A DNA stretch of 64,000 bases from assembly GCA_951406725.2 (NCBI GenBank), contig OX597819.1, positions 102,610,001-102,674,000 of the forward strand. Direction: 5' to 3'. This document shows, in pieces, positions 42,066 through 56,202 of the stretch. The position numbers and the translations under genes were made by a program. The notes below the pieces were generated by a model. It did not search any database, had not been told where the DNA came from, and saw only the letters and a list, made by a program, of their open reading frames with translations. Every line of letters begins with the position of its first letter. Position 1 is the stretch's first letter. Origin of the DNA: Octopus vulgaris (Eukaryota).

Positions 42066-42470
42066 ACAGCAGTGTCTATGTGGTAGGTAGCTTGCTTACC
42101 AACCACATGGTTCCGGTTTCAGTCCCACTGTATGGCATCTTGGGCATGTGTCTCCTACTATAGCCGCGGGCCGACCATAGCCTTGTGAGTGGATTTGGTA
42201 GACGGAAACTGAAAGAAGTCCATCGTATGTGTGTATATATGTTTATATATATATGTATATGTTTGTGTGTCTATGTTTGTTTTCTCACCATCGCTTGACA
42301 ACCGATGTTGGTTTTTGTTTAGGTCCTCGTAATTAGCGGTTCGGCAAAATAGACTGCTAGAGTAAGTACTAGGCTTACAAAGAATAAGTCCTGGGGTCGA
42401 TTTATTCGACCAAAGGCGGTGCTCCAGTATGGCCGCTGTCAAATGACTGAAACCAATACAAGAATAAGAG
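42066..42470 (+). mobile_element. SINE family A, near full length
   Basis: Consensus head, body and tail. Confidence 0.9.
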
Positions 42471-42496
42471 AATATACATATACATAGACACACACG

Positions 42497-42531
<35 letters not shown>

Positions 42532-42569
42532 ACATATGTGTGTGTCTCTCTCTATATACATATGCGCAG

Positions 42570-42696
<127 letters not shown>

Positions 42697-42775
42697 CTGA
42701 ATGTGTATCTATCTATCTATCTGTCTGTCTGTCTCTCTATATGTATGTATGTATGTATATATGCATGTATGTTTA

Positions 42776-42806
<31 letters not shown>

Positions 42807-43066
42807 TCCCATTCTCTCGATCGCATGCTGTACCGTATGTCATTAAATGTAATAGGCATTAATTTTGACACTGATAGATTAGTTAAACAGTGTCACCCAT
42901 GTCACACTTCGATCTCCCTGGCCCCACACACCAACATCGATTTGAAGTGTCTTGACCAAACTTTTACCAAAATTTTATAAATAAATGTCCCAAGTGCAAA
43001 CCAACATTCTAATCAATTCCATTAATAAACACATAAACACATACACACAATACATACGTATCTCTA

Positions 43067-43123
<57 letters not shown>

Positions 43124-43250
43124 CCCCTGTACATATATATTTATTTTCCTTTTCCTTAACACAACAGGTGCACGTCCTTTGCATATATAAGGCCACAGTA
43201 CCTTATTTCAAGTCTGATACTTTTCCATATGCACTTTTTTGTGGAAAAAG

Positions 43251-43295
43251 TAGCTTATAAGAATATACACAAACAAATACAGGTTGAGAAGTAAC

Positions 43296-43393
<98 letters not shown>

Positions 43394-43731
43394 CGCATGC
43401 ACGCACAAATATGTATCTATATGTAGATATGAGGGGTTTTACACTTTTTCCATCAATGAAATTCACTCACAATGTATTAATCTGACTGGAAGAAACATGC
43501 TCGGTTTACCGAACATCGGGACTGAAACATTCGTCTCCGAAGCAATCTTCTACATTACCCAGCCGTTACATATATGTGTGCGCGTATATATACATACATA
43601 CATGCATATATATATAAATATATATGCATGTTTCTTCTAGTCAGATTAATACTTTGTGAGTGAACTTCGTTGACGGAAAAAGTGTAAAACCCCTCATATC
43701 TACATATAGATACATATTTGTGCGTGCGTGC

Positions 43732-43768
<37 letters not shown>

Positions 43769-43813
43769 GTTACTTCTCAACCTGTATTTGTTTGTGTATA
43801 TTCTCATAAGCTA
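43251..43813. repeat. Local inverted duplication (arms 43251-43500 and 43626-43813)
   Basis: The arms share unique flanks and a (CA)n/(TG)n tract of unequal length, with only a few substitutions. Confidence 0.9.
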
Positions 43814-43843
43814 TATATATTTATATATATATATATATACATA

Positions 43844-45063
43844 CAGGGTTTGGACAAAATAATGGAAACACCTTAAAATTTCAAGCAAATTTATTTTAAT
43901 AAGGTGTAGAACCGCTTTGGCAGTAATTACAGCTTGAATTCTACAAGGTATGGACTCGTAGAAAGTTTGAATTGTTTCCGAAGAAATTATTGTCCATTCT
44001 TCAATTAAAACAGTCTCCAGTTCTTTTAGTGATTATAGTGAAGAATATCGACTCCTTACTTGTTTTTCTAAAATGCACCATTAATGTTCAATAATATTGA
44101 GAACTGGAGACTGTGGTGGCCAAATATGATGTTCAACTTCACTAGAGGGTTCCTTGTGCTATTCAATAACACCTTTAACTGTGTGAATTAGTGCATTATC
44201 ATCCTGAAAGATTGCGTTTCCCTCCCGAAACAGTAGGCAAACATAGGATGGATTTGATCAGATAAAATGCTTAAATAGTCTTCACTATTAATTCTGCCAT
44301 GAAGAGAAACCATTAGGCCGGCAGATTTCCAAGATATAGCCGCCCCCCATCCAGATCATCACAGATCCTCCTCCATGTTTAACAGTTGGAAGAAGGCAAT
44401 CTGGGACGACTGCTTCTTTTGGCTGTCCCCACACGTTTACTCGGCCAGGGTCGAGAAATAAGATAAAAGATGACTTTTACGAGAAAATGACATTCTTCCA
44501 TTGCTCTAGGGTCCAATTTTGCTTTGAAACGTTTGTTTTTGAATGTAGTAGTTTTTTGATTACCGTGAAATCTGGCTTTGTGCAGCTCTCGGCGAACAGC
44601 TTTTGTGGAAACTGGGTTCACGAGGTGGTTATTAAACTCTGCAGTAATTTTGGGATCTCTGCCTTTGCAATCCTTTCTAACAATTTGCGTAAGAATCCGA
44701 TGGTCCCTATCTGAAATTTTGGTTTTCTTCCGGAGGTTTTTCTCTCTTTTTCAAAGGCGGTCATTACTTTCGAGGCAGTATTTCTTGATACACCAAACAT
44801 TTCGGCTGTTTTTGTTACGCTAGCGACTGCCATACGTGCACCAACAATTTGACCTCTTGGAAAGTTCGATAGGTCTGTAATTTTAATGAATTTTAATTAC
44901 CTTTTTATGATGATATCTGCAAAGAGGCAGCAATTTTAGCAAAACATATTAAGCAACATTAATAATAAATCAAAAATGCATAAAACTAAACAAGCTTTTG
45001 ACGGTTTTATAAATATTTCAAAATTATGATGCTAAGTGTTTCCATTATTTTGTCCTACCCCTG
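43844..45063 (-). mobile_element. Full-length Tc1-like DNA transposon (1220 bp)
   Basis: TIRs cagggtttggacaaaataatggaaacac and gtgtttccattattttgtcctacccctg, with TA on both sides. Confidence 0.95.
43900..44882 (-). pseudogene. Tc1 transposase, disrupted by frameshifts and stops
   Basis: TDLSNFPRGQIVGARMAVASVTKTAEMFGVSR..., VSTKAVRRELHK, FQDDNA and WPPQSPVLNIIEH* motifs. Confidence 0.92.
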
Positions 45064-45769
45064 TATATACAAACGCTCTCACGCATATAGGTACCCTCAT
45101 GTACACACGAGCCATAATGCCCACCCAGACAAATGCATATTCATTTACACAAATGTGTGGTTGTGGGGTGCATATTTGTTCATCTGGATATGTTGTTGCC
45201 GATACATATACTGCATTACGTGGGTGTATTATTAGATCGTAAAATACTGCGGTATTCGCCTTGATAGTTTTTCTCATACAGATATACGGTGCTAAGACAA
45301 CCAGCATATATCGTAGCAGGCGAGAACCGTCTAGCATTGGCGCCAGAGCTGCCAGATATTGTGATTTCAGCGAGTTGAGCTTCCTCGGAGACAGGCATCC
45401 AGTTCCTGAATACCAGTCAAATCTCCCTGCTAACGATGTATTGTTAATTAATAGAGGCTTTTCAATCACTGATACGCACATAACTAGTAGGCTTATTAGA
45501 AAGTAAATTTTAGCGACGGAAGCAATATTAATACTGAATGGCAATCTTGATATTTAACCTGGAGTGGATGTATAACACTGTGTAACAACATTTTAAAAAA
45601 AATATATTCTTGTCTTTGTTCAGTGTTTTCTATTTGCTTGTATCTGGAAATCAAAGGAAATTACTACTATTCCCTTCCATCTTTGCTTTTGTAACCTAGA
45701 CATCAAGGTTCTGAAACTGAACTATTTTTCATTACATTTCAGTGCTGAGTTGTTGAAGCAGAAATATCG

Positions 45770-45942
45770 TTATAGCAAATATTCTGTTCAATACCACCGA
45801 TTTGCTTATCATTTGTTTGACTTTAACCACTGGAGCATGTCTCTTAGCGGCTGACAATATGCGCATCTTCGACCATGCGCTGGAGTAGCAGAGGAGCATC
45901 ATAGCCATGTGTTGAGAAGGATTCTTTGAGGTTTGAATAAGT
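45770..45942 (+). mobile_element. Fragment of the 24187-24730 repeat
   Basis: agcaaatattctg...gagcatgtc.cttag.ggctgac.atatg.gcatct...gagcatcatagcc. Confidence 0.8.
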
Positions 45943-46835
45943 GTAGCAAAAGCAAATTTTGAAGGATATATTAGCCATTTTTCTTTCTTTCTAGAAGTAA
46001 CCAAATACTAAATAACACTTTCTACCTAAGGACAAAAGTCGTGTTACATTGTGTAGTTAGAAGTCGAAACTCTTGTATTCTCGTTGAGATGTCCTCTTAT
46101 AAAGATGTACAGTGCTTAGAATACAGTTATGTACACTTATTTCTGTATAATATATACAAACAGTAGCAATAATATAAACAGGCATACACTAATGCCCAAA
46201 CATTTTAACATACTCGCATGCACACACACACTCACATATCTATATACAGATTATATACCTAAAATATTTTGTACTTTGGTGCTAGAATGAGCTGTTTAAA
46301 AATATTTCACCTAAAATGCTGATATCTTTAACAATTCTTAAATGCTCACACTGAAAATATCGTTCATGTCAAGAGATCAAGAGAATTGCATCTGGAAATA
46401 TACTCCTGGTACTAATTAGGTTTCGAAATTTATTAATTAAATACTGTGTACTATTAAAAGTTATTTTATCATTATTTATTGTTACTGAAAAGAAGCTGAT
46501 TGACGGAATCAAATTCAGGATGACAGGTGCAAAAAGTAAATGATTTCAACGGAGAATAATCGTCCTGGAGGTTATTATTTTAAACTTTAGTGCACTCTAT
46601 TTTATTCCAGTTAAAATTGTATTGTTTGTAGCCGGTTAAATTAAGAAGGATTTCTGAAGTAGACGAAGGACAGGTGCATGTCGGTAATAGTTCGTTTAGA
46701 ATCAATCAGAGGCTACACAAGAAGAGTTTCCATCAAATGCTTTTGTATTTATTTACGGAAGTTTATCTGGAGGATTGGTTCAGTTTGTTGGCAGTATATG
46801 TATTTAGTAGTAGTAGTAGTAGTAGTAGTGGTGGC

Positions 46836-46866
<31 letters not shown>

Positions 46867-48399
46867 ATGGTGGTGGCGGTGGTGGCGGTGGTGGCGATGG
46901 TAGTAGTAGTAGTAGTGGTGGTGGTGGTGGTGGTGGTGGTGGTAGTAGTAGTAGTAGTAGTGGTGGTGGTGGTAGTAGTAGTAGTAGTTGGTCGTGGTGG
47001 TGGTGGTACTGCTATAGTTCCTGTTATTGTTTAACCACAGGTCAACTCTGATGGAACAAACTTATGATCGAAAGCAGTTCAATTAACAATCATTCAAATG
47101 CTGTTTTTCAAATTATTGTTTTCCATTGTTAATATATTTATGAATATTAACTGGGTTGATCTCTTCGATATCGAAAGGACCTCCGAAGACCCTAGATATG
47201 ACACACTCTACCAAAAAATATGTTTGTATGTATGTATCTATGCATGTATGTGTGTTCGTATGTAAGGACGTATGTATGTATGTATGTATGTATGTATGTA
47301 TGTATGTATGTATGTATGTGTGTGTGTGAATATAATTACTCAATTTTATTTCAAGATTTCGAGCCAATTGAGAAACACTCGCTTACTAAACTAGATCCAA
47401 GGCTCCTTCATTGGAACTTCAACATCAACAACAGGGTATTTTGCTTGTATGTATGTATGTATGTATGTATGTATGTATGTATGTATGTATGTATGTATGT
47501 ATGTATGTATGTATGCATGCATGCATGTATGTATGTATGTATGCATGCATTATGTATGTATGTATGTTTGTATGTATATGTGCAGATTTGTGAACCAGTG
47601 AGACATCCTTCCGACTTCCTTAACATGGATGATAAGGAGTTTATGTCTGTCTATATGTATGTATTTATAAATACGTGCAGATTTGTATGTTTTGTTTTAC
47701 GTATACCTTCTCTTACATATTCTTGCATATCTAGACATGCTCATATATACTTAAATGATACACTTCTGGGAAGTTTTACATATCTCTACAGTTCCAATGA
47801 TGTATTGGATCAGTAGTCTTCGAACCAGCTCTCACCTTTCTGGTTTTGAGAAGCTTAATTTCTCAAGATTGGTATTTAGGCGGTGTGTTACGTATCCCAT
47901 ATGCATGTATGTATGTATGTATGTATGTATGTATGTATGTATGTATGTATGTATGTATGTATGCATGTATGTATGCATGTATATATGTATGCATGTATGC
48001 ATACATGTATGTGTGTGCATGTATGCATGCATGCATGTACGTATGTATGCATGTTTGTATATATGTACGTATATGTATATATTATATAATAGATAATATA
48101 CATATATATATTATGTGCGTATGTTCGCGTATGTATTTTTTAACTTTTACTTGTTAAAATCATTTTACTGCAGCTAAACTGCACCGCCTTCAAGAATTTT
48201 CAGTCGAATGTATTGAACCCAGTACTTACTTTCTATAAGTTTGGTACTTATAGTATTCTTCCCTTTTACCGAACTGCAGATTCGTCGAATTAGTAGCGAA
48301 AAAATAATGACTCGCTAAATAAAGTGGAGTAGTTATTTAATTTTGTTGTCCAGCATCAACACCAGTCATTACTAATTAGAGCCATTTGATGCCTGTAAT

Positions 48400-48995
48400 A
48401 TTCGTTTCTACCTAAGGCACAGGGAGGGTGCTCAGTTGTTATTTATTTCATCGACTCCTAAAAGATGAGAGGCGAAATCGATTGCGGTGGCATTTTTACT
48501 CAGAACATAAAGACGGACGTTTTACCCAGCATGTTAAATATTTTGCCATCTTGTTGCTTTGATGTTTGTTACTATGATTTCAAATTTTGGCGCAGGGGCA
48601 GTGATTTCGGGGAGAAATAAATTGATTTACATCGATCCCCAGAAATCAACTGGTACTTATTTTATCGATACCGGAGAGGTAAAAATCGACCTCGGCAGAA
48701 TTTTGAACTTAGAACGCAAAGATGAACGAATTGACATTAAGCATTTTGCCAGCTCTCCGCCTTATATGATGTATGTAATAATGGTTTCAAATTTTACTCA
48801 AGGCCAGCAATTTCGGGAGTTGGGTAACTCGATTACAACGACTCCAGTACTCAACTGGTACTAATTTTATCGACCTTGAAAGATAAAGTCGAGAAGCCGA
48901 CCTTGGCGGAATATGAACACGGAACGCTAAGGCTAACGAATTACCGCTAGGCATTTTGCCCGACCTGCTAACGATTCTGCCAGAATGGCGCCTTA
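48400..48995 (-). mobile_element. Cluster of three decayed SINE family B copies
   Basis: Repeated actggtact.attttatcga...gacct.ggc.gaat...gcattttgcc units. Confidence 0.8.
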
Positions 48996-50457
48996 TTTTA
49001 TGTCTGCAATAATGCAAGATCAAAACCATGACTTCTGTCTCGTATTGAATTTTATAACATCGTGGTGACGTTGTGATCTGCATGGCTCCAAGCAAGGAAA
49101 CTCTGTGTAAGTTGCTAGTGTTTTGGTCCGCAATCAACTTGTAGAGGTGGACAAACATGTGCAGCAACTAAGATCTTAGTTTAGGCAGAATGCATAAATT
49201 GTGGAGAAGTAAAATTTGAACGCAAAAATATACGATTTAAATAACCACGAAAGACGAGGACTCTAAAATCAGATCCTAAGCACGAACCTAACTCATTCTT
49301 GGACATTATACATATTTCTTTCTTTTTGATTTTTGTTTATATCTCATTTTATTTATTTTCTCTATCTTTTTGATTTCTTTGTCTAGAAAATAAATGTCTT
49401 GTTTAATCATATCTCCAAGTTTTCTTCTTTTATTTTTTTTTTGCTTTCATGACACCAGCGGAAGTTCAGAATTGATGTTTTTCATCATATTGATAGATAT
49501 GTCACAGTTGTGACGATATTGTCACCGGAAGTAGATGTGACGGCCGTCTATAAAGTTGGTCAACTTGCGTGTCAATAGAGCCCTGGTCAGTCTCAACACA
49601 TTCACGCAGATACGCACACGCACACATAACTCTCTCCCCTTCTCTCTCTCTCTCTCTCACATACACTAATGAAATTATAATCTGCTATACATATGTGTGT
49701 ATACATATGTGTGTATACATATGTGTGTATACATATGTGTGTGTATAGGTGCATAAAAGAACGTGTATAAAACAGTCATTCTATGAGTATGAGTGTGAGT
49801 GTGCGTAAATCTGCATGTGTGTATGTGTAAATATATATCGAAATATGCATGCTTAACATTATAGCTTGGTGATATATATGTGTGTATAAATGTATATATA
49901 TATATCACTTAACTGTAATGATAAACATACATATTTCGATGTATGTTTAACATTGTTCATGCAAATCTATGTTTAAATGTCCTTTCATTTATATTTGTTC
50001 TTGCGCGATTTGTATATGCGTGCTTATGTGTATGTGCGCATGTGTGTGCCGGTGCACGTATCAATGCATTTCAGTGGAAACTGCATCTGCAGGTTTTTCT
50101 AATTTTTTTTCCTCTAACGTATGTACGTTCCGTAAGCGCGTGAATGTGTGTAAATAATTGTGAGTACATTTTTATACGTAAATGAACACACAAAAGATTA
50201 CATAGAACATACACTCACGCACGCGCAAGGAAACCCACTCACATTCATCTATGCATACATGTACTGAACATGTACATACATGCACATACGTAAATATATA
50301 TATATATATATATACATGTGTGTGTGTGTGTGTGTGTGTATGCATATATATATATATGTGCGTCTATGTGCGTATGCATACATAATATACGTGTTTATAC
50401 GAATATATATACTCACACACATGTTTTGTGTGTATATGTGCATATGTATTATTCTGT

Positions 50458-50516
<59 letters not shown>

Positions 50517-50878
50517 ATGTGTGTGCGTGTGTGTGTTTGTTTGTTTCACTATGTGAAATTTTTGCGGAGAAGTAGAGGTGATGCCTTGATCAAGTGTCAT
50601 TCGAAGACAACTTTACGCACATTTCCAAATTTTCAGAGCGATCTCTATTTGCTTCTCTTCTGTATATTTATTCTTTGCCGGTCACCCTTAGTTTCCGCCA
50701 TGTATACACAGATAAACCGGAAGCACCTTACTGTCGCATTATAAAATACTTTTCCCCATTGATTACACTGCTTCACTCACACACGCACACACATTTAGAC
50801 ACATAAATATACACACACTCACATATACATATATACATATATATACATACATACTTGCATACATAAATACATACATAC

Positions 50879-50964
<86 letters not shown>

Positions 50965-51940
50965 ACATATATATATATCACTCTTTATTCTTCTGTATAT
51001 CCCTAACCTCGTCTACTTCTATATGTTTTTCTCTCAACATTCATTTGTTAGTCTTACACTTACTCAATCTCCTTCATTTTTTCCTTAAATTTTTTTTTAC
51101 CACAGTTGTATTTTTGGCTATGTTTAACTCTCCCTTCACATCCTCTACCCCAACGCATTTGCACACTCTCTTTCCCCTCTCTCCCCTTCTGTCTCTCTCT
51201 CGCTTTTTCTCTCTCTCACTTTCTCTGTCAATGTTCTTTGAGTGTCTTATTCTTTCAGACCCTCATTGAAAAACTTCCCTATGACAACACCAAGCCATAT
51301 GAAATAAATGAAGCCAGAAGCGTATATGTGATTACTCAAACAGGAGGTTAATCGTTCTGGTGTTTATCATTTACACACAGAGATTAGCAGTAAATATTTA
51401 GAAGTACTTTGCATCTCACATATAGATCATGGCATAGTCTACCATAGAACAAGTCGAGACAGTATTTCTTGTTTAATTCCTTCAGTATCAGAGATTGTGT
51501 CGGAACAAGGCAAGGAATATTTTTTGTCCGTACGGTGGTTCATATATTTTAATGTTTTTATGAAAGTATGGACGTTTTTATTTTCTTGAAATATGAACTA
51601 CGATGCCTAAAATCTAAATCCTGTTTTACATTAATATTTAGTTTCTCTTTTTAAGATTTCAGTCATTAGTCAGCAGCAATGCCTCTGTGAGACAGATCTT
51701 CTCCGAATATGGGTTTTGATCTGAAATATGAAACTGAGGATATAAAAGTTTCTCTAGACGTGTCACCATTCCGTCGGAGGTTTATCCATATAGTTACTAA
51801 ATGTATATTTTGGATACTTTTATCTCCTTTCCTTCTCCTCTCTTTTTCTTCCCTCAACTTTATGTAAACCCGCTTCTCTCAGCGTGATTCTCAAATGTTA
51901 GTGGCTGTTGCAAAATTGGTTTGGGTGAATGGAACTAGAC

Positions 51941-52289
51941 CAGGGGTCCTCGACCATTTTTTATCTATGGACCCCTCTGATTATTATTTTATTCTGATGA
52001 ACCCCCTTGGACATTCGATGTTTAAAAACTTGTCTTATAGAAACTTCTTTCAAAATTCCTATTTTGTTTTTCATACATTATTTCGTGTAGGTTGAACTGT
52101 GTAAAACTTTAGAGAAAGAAACCGAACTGTTTCTTGCAATGCATACCATTACATACATCTAAAGCAAAAGTTTTTCAGGAACCCTTAAAATACTACTGTG
52201 GATCCCCAATTTACTATTTCGTTGTATGGAACCCCAAAAATCTTATATGAACGCTCAGGGGTCATTTGGACCCTGGGTGAGAACCACTG
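51941..52289. mobile_element. hAT (Charlie-like) MITE with 8-bp TSD
   Basis: TIRs caggggtcctcgacc and ggtgagaaccactg; TSD aactagac at 51933-51940 and 52290-52297. Confidence 0.92.
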
Positions 52290-52864
52290 AACTAGACGAA
52301 ACATTCATCGATGGAATAATGATTAAAGTTGAGTTATGGCTTATACATTTATTGGTCAAAATGATTTTAGATCTGTGGAGTTCTTTGACTGGTTCTAGTT
52401 TAAATATCTCCTTCACAAGGAGGACTGCATCAACCATCTAGTCACGTATCTTGTATATTATGTATAATTTTATCTCGTCTCTTACCTCCATTTTGTAAAC
52501 TTCACCACACAATTTGTAATTTCTTCTTGTAATTTTTGCCCCATCTGGCAAATTAAATGTTCTCCTCTGGCAATTAAAGAAATCATTGGGCGGAATCGCT
52601 TCCGCGTCAAATATATTACAGTTTTTCTTCGGCTCTTTGCGTTTTAGTTCTGAGTTGAATTCCTACCGAGATCAACTTTGCTTTTCATTGTTACGGGGTT
52701 GATAATATAAAGTATCCATCTGAGTTAAGGTGCTTAACTCAGAAACAATTACTACTATTATTGGCGAACTGATAGGATTGTTAGAGCAGAGGTTGAACAA
52801 GTCCTTGTGATGTCCCTTTCATCAGACGACTCTGTAATCATTCGGCAGAATCTTTAGAGCATCG

Positions 52865-53098
52865 AGGCGGTGAGCTGGCAGAAACGTTAGCACGCCGGGC
52901 GAAATGCTTAGCGGTTCCATCTGTCTTTACGTTCTGAGTTCAAATTCCGCCGAGGTCGACTTTGCCTTTCATTCTTTCGGGGTCGATAAATTAAGTACTA
53001 GTTACGCACTGGGATCGATGTAGTCGACTTAAAACCTTTATCTGCCCTTGTTTGTCCCCTCTATGTTTAAGCCCCTTGTGGGAATAAAAAGAAATGAA
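52865..53098 (+). mobile_element. Young SINE family B copy inserted into an older family B head
   Basis: Consensus-like copy flanked by the direct repeat aatc(t/g)ttagagcatcga. Confidence 0.9.
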
Positions 53099-53639
53099 AA
53101 TCGTTAGAGCATCGAACAATATGCCTTGTAATATTTGATCCGTTATTTTACGTTCTCTGTTAAAAGAATCCCTTTCACCCCCGTGGAATCGATAAAATAA
53201 AGTTCCCGTCTAGTGTTGGGTCGATGTTTATCGAAGTTCGCGTTGATAGCTGATGGTATCGCAGTACATATTAATCAGCTAATGATACCCACTCCTATGA
53301 AAATTATTGGTCTTTTGCTTCAATTAGAAATAATTATTGTCGTCGTTGTTTTTGTTGCTGTGTTACTTTGGGGCGGAGTATAAGAAGAGAAGAGGGAATA
53401 CAGTTTTATTAGTAAGCAGTTGTTGGTTTGTACTTACTGTTGAGTGACACCTGCCCTACTTGTCACCTGACTTGTCTAAGTGTACTAGACTGGCACCTGC
53501 GCGGAGTGTCTCAACTACCACACACGCCAACTGACCGTCGTCCATGTCAGTCATTGAGGTCGTCACTAGTAATGTATTAGTTGACAGTTCAGCCTTTATA
53601 TTGACCTATACATTGACACCAACGGAAATGACCAACTGT

Positions 53640-54549
53640 TTAAGCGGTCACCATACTTCCAGCACCACGACCACCACTACCGCCAACACCATCAACGTGC
53701 TACCCACTCTGTCCCCTGATGCTGACGTAGACGCCATAACCACTACCACCACCATCAACAACAGCAACAACAGCAACACCAAGTCTATCACCACTTTTAA
53801 ATACTAAAGGCAATACCAACTATACTAATAACAACAACAATAATACGAATAGTCCTAAAGTTAATTAAAAGTAGTAAGTGCTACTAGCACAAATGTCACA
53901 TCCACTACAATCACCACCACCACTATCACTAACAACAACAACAAAAACACCTCCACCACTACCAATAACAACAACAACAACACCTCGACCACCACCACCA
54001 CCACCACCACCACCACCAATAACAACAACAACAGCAACAATACCAAACATTAAAACCGATACTAATAGCACATCCAACATGAACACCGATAGAATCTCAA
54101 TGTTAATTAACAATAGAAGGAAGGGCTATCAACACCAACGTCAACCTCCACATCACTCCACTATCAACGCTACTACCACCATCAACGCCCACACACACTA
54201 CAACCACCCCTAATGCTAGCACCGATACCACCAAATATTATCATTACCACTCCCAAACAGATAACAACAATTATAGTCATACGAGCATTATGATTGTGTT
54301 GTTTCAGCACAGAGAAGCATAGTGCTATCAACATTATCCCCATCAACATAAGGTACCCTATACGCGGTCACTTTATCCGCGTGATATATCAACGAAACCT
54401 CCCTCAAATCATATTCTGTATTAAAAAGAGAAGGCAATACTAAATACGCAATGCAATTCCTATATACCCGGAAAGGAAACAGTTCATCACTAGAATGTTA
54501 CTAATCACCGGTCTCCCACAGTCAGAGTGACCTTAGGCTAAACAACAAA

Positions 54550-54591
<42 letters not shown>

Positions 54592-54805
54592 CACCACTAC
54601 TACCACCATTACCACCACCACTACCGCCATCACCACTACTACTACTACCACTACCACCACTACCACCACCACTACCGCCATCACCACTACTACTACTACC
54701 ACCACCACCACCACCACCGCCATCACTACTACTACTACTACCACCACCACTACCACCACCGCCATCACTACTACTACTACTACTATTACTACTACCACCA
54801 TCATC

Positions 54806-54840
<35 letters not shown>

Positions 54841-55840
54841 CGCCATCACTACTACTACTACTACTACTACTACTACATCCTCCCCCATTAACACTTCCAA
54901 CCACGCCCATCATGATTATCTGTACAAAAGCCATCCACCCTTTCCCCCGCACAATTGTCCAGTCTTATTGTACCATTGCATTAACCAATACTGACATCCC
55001 GTTACAATCAAAATCCCTATCAACACTACCATCCGCACTACCTCAGCCACTGCACCACTCACCAATAATATCACTGATACCACCACCCTCATCACAGTTA
55101 CTTTCTTTACCGTCATGTCCACCATCACCTATGTCTATCGGAGCCACTACAAAATTCTTTTGCAGCCGCTGTTAGCATCCGTACTACCACCATTACTAAC
55201 ATCAATACCTTCTCTACTAGCACCGGTACTACTGCTATAACTATTAGCATTACTTATACACTTACTGAGGACACTATCAACGCCACTGAGGTCACCAAAT
55301 TTCTGTAATTATCATCACCACTACCACCACCACCACCACCACCATCACCACCACCACCACCACCACAGCCACCACTAACGTCGCCGCTACCAGGACCATC
55401 AACACCACCGCTACCACCACCATCAACACCCCATTACTATCAGATCACTACGATCATCATATCACTACCAATACCACCACTGCCGCCACTACCAGCACCA
55501 TCTGTACCACCGCCACCACTAACAGCACACTACCACAGTCACATCATTACCACCACCACCATCACCACCGCTGCAACAAGCACCATCCGCACCACTGCCA
55601 CCACCATCACGTCGCTAACACTACTACCAGTGCCGCTATCAGCACCAGCACCACCGCCATCACACTATTACCACCAACACGACAACCACCAACGACGCCG
55701 CTACCTACATCACCAGCACCACCAGCACTAACACCACTACCACCAACATCACACCACTACCACCACCATCACACCACTACCACCACCGCTGCCGTTCCCT
55801 CCACCACCAGTATCACCACCATCATCCAACACCAGTTAAA
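53640..55840. repeat. Degenerate (ACC/ACT/AAC)n low-complexity region
   Basis: Mixed trinucleotide runs with frame switches. Confidence 0.85.
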
Positions 55841-56202
55841 CAAAGAAAACTATAACATCTTTACTACAGTACTAAGTTACCAATACAACCAGTAAGAAAC
55901 CCCAGAGAGAGAACTTCTACGTGGTCAGTTGAGCTGGCTAAAAACATCAATAAAATTCTTGTGTAATCACACCTCAGCATCTTAGAAAATAACAGATTGG
56001 ATACTGAAGTCCTGGGATGCTTGCATATAGGAATCAGGTGGGATGGTCATGGATGGACGAAAACATTTGACTGTGGAGTTACTAAGTTAGTTTTGAATTG
56101 AGTTTGTATTCTAGCAACAATCACTAATTCTATCACAACCATATTACCACCACCTCTACCACGAGTACAAACAAACACACCAGTTATTAGCCGTTATTAA
56201 CT

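Noticed and set aside
49082-49112. Mini first exon MAPSKETL|gtaagt
   Set aside because: No phase-compatible downstream exon was found; the 51259 candidate would give an immediate stop.
54533-54952. Gly/Ser-rich 139-aa ORF (also 46674-47051)
   Set aside because: (TAG/TGG)n trinucleotide repeat; a poly-Val frame is equally open and there is no splice or homology support.
55300-55840. Thr-rich mucin-like sequence (also 57875-58189)
   Set aside because: Degenerate (ACC/ACT)n with frame switches and no continuous exon.
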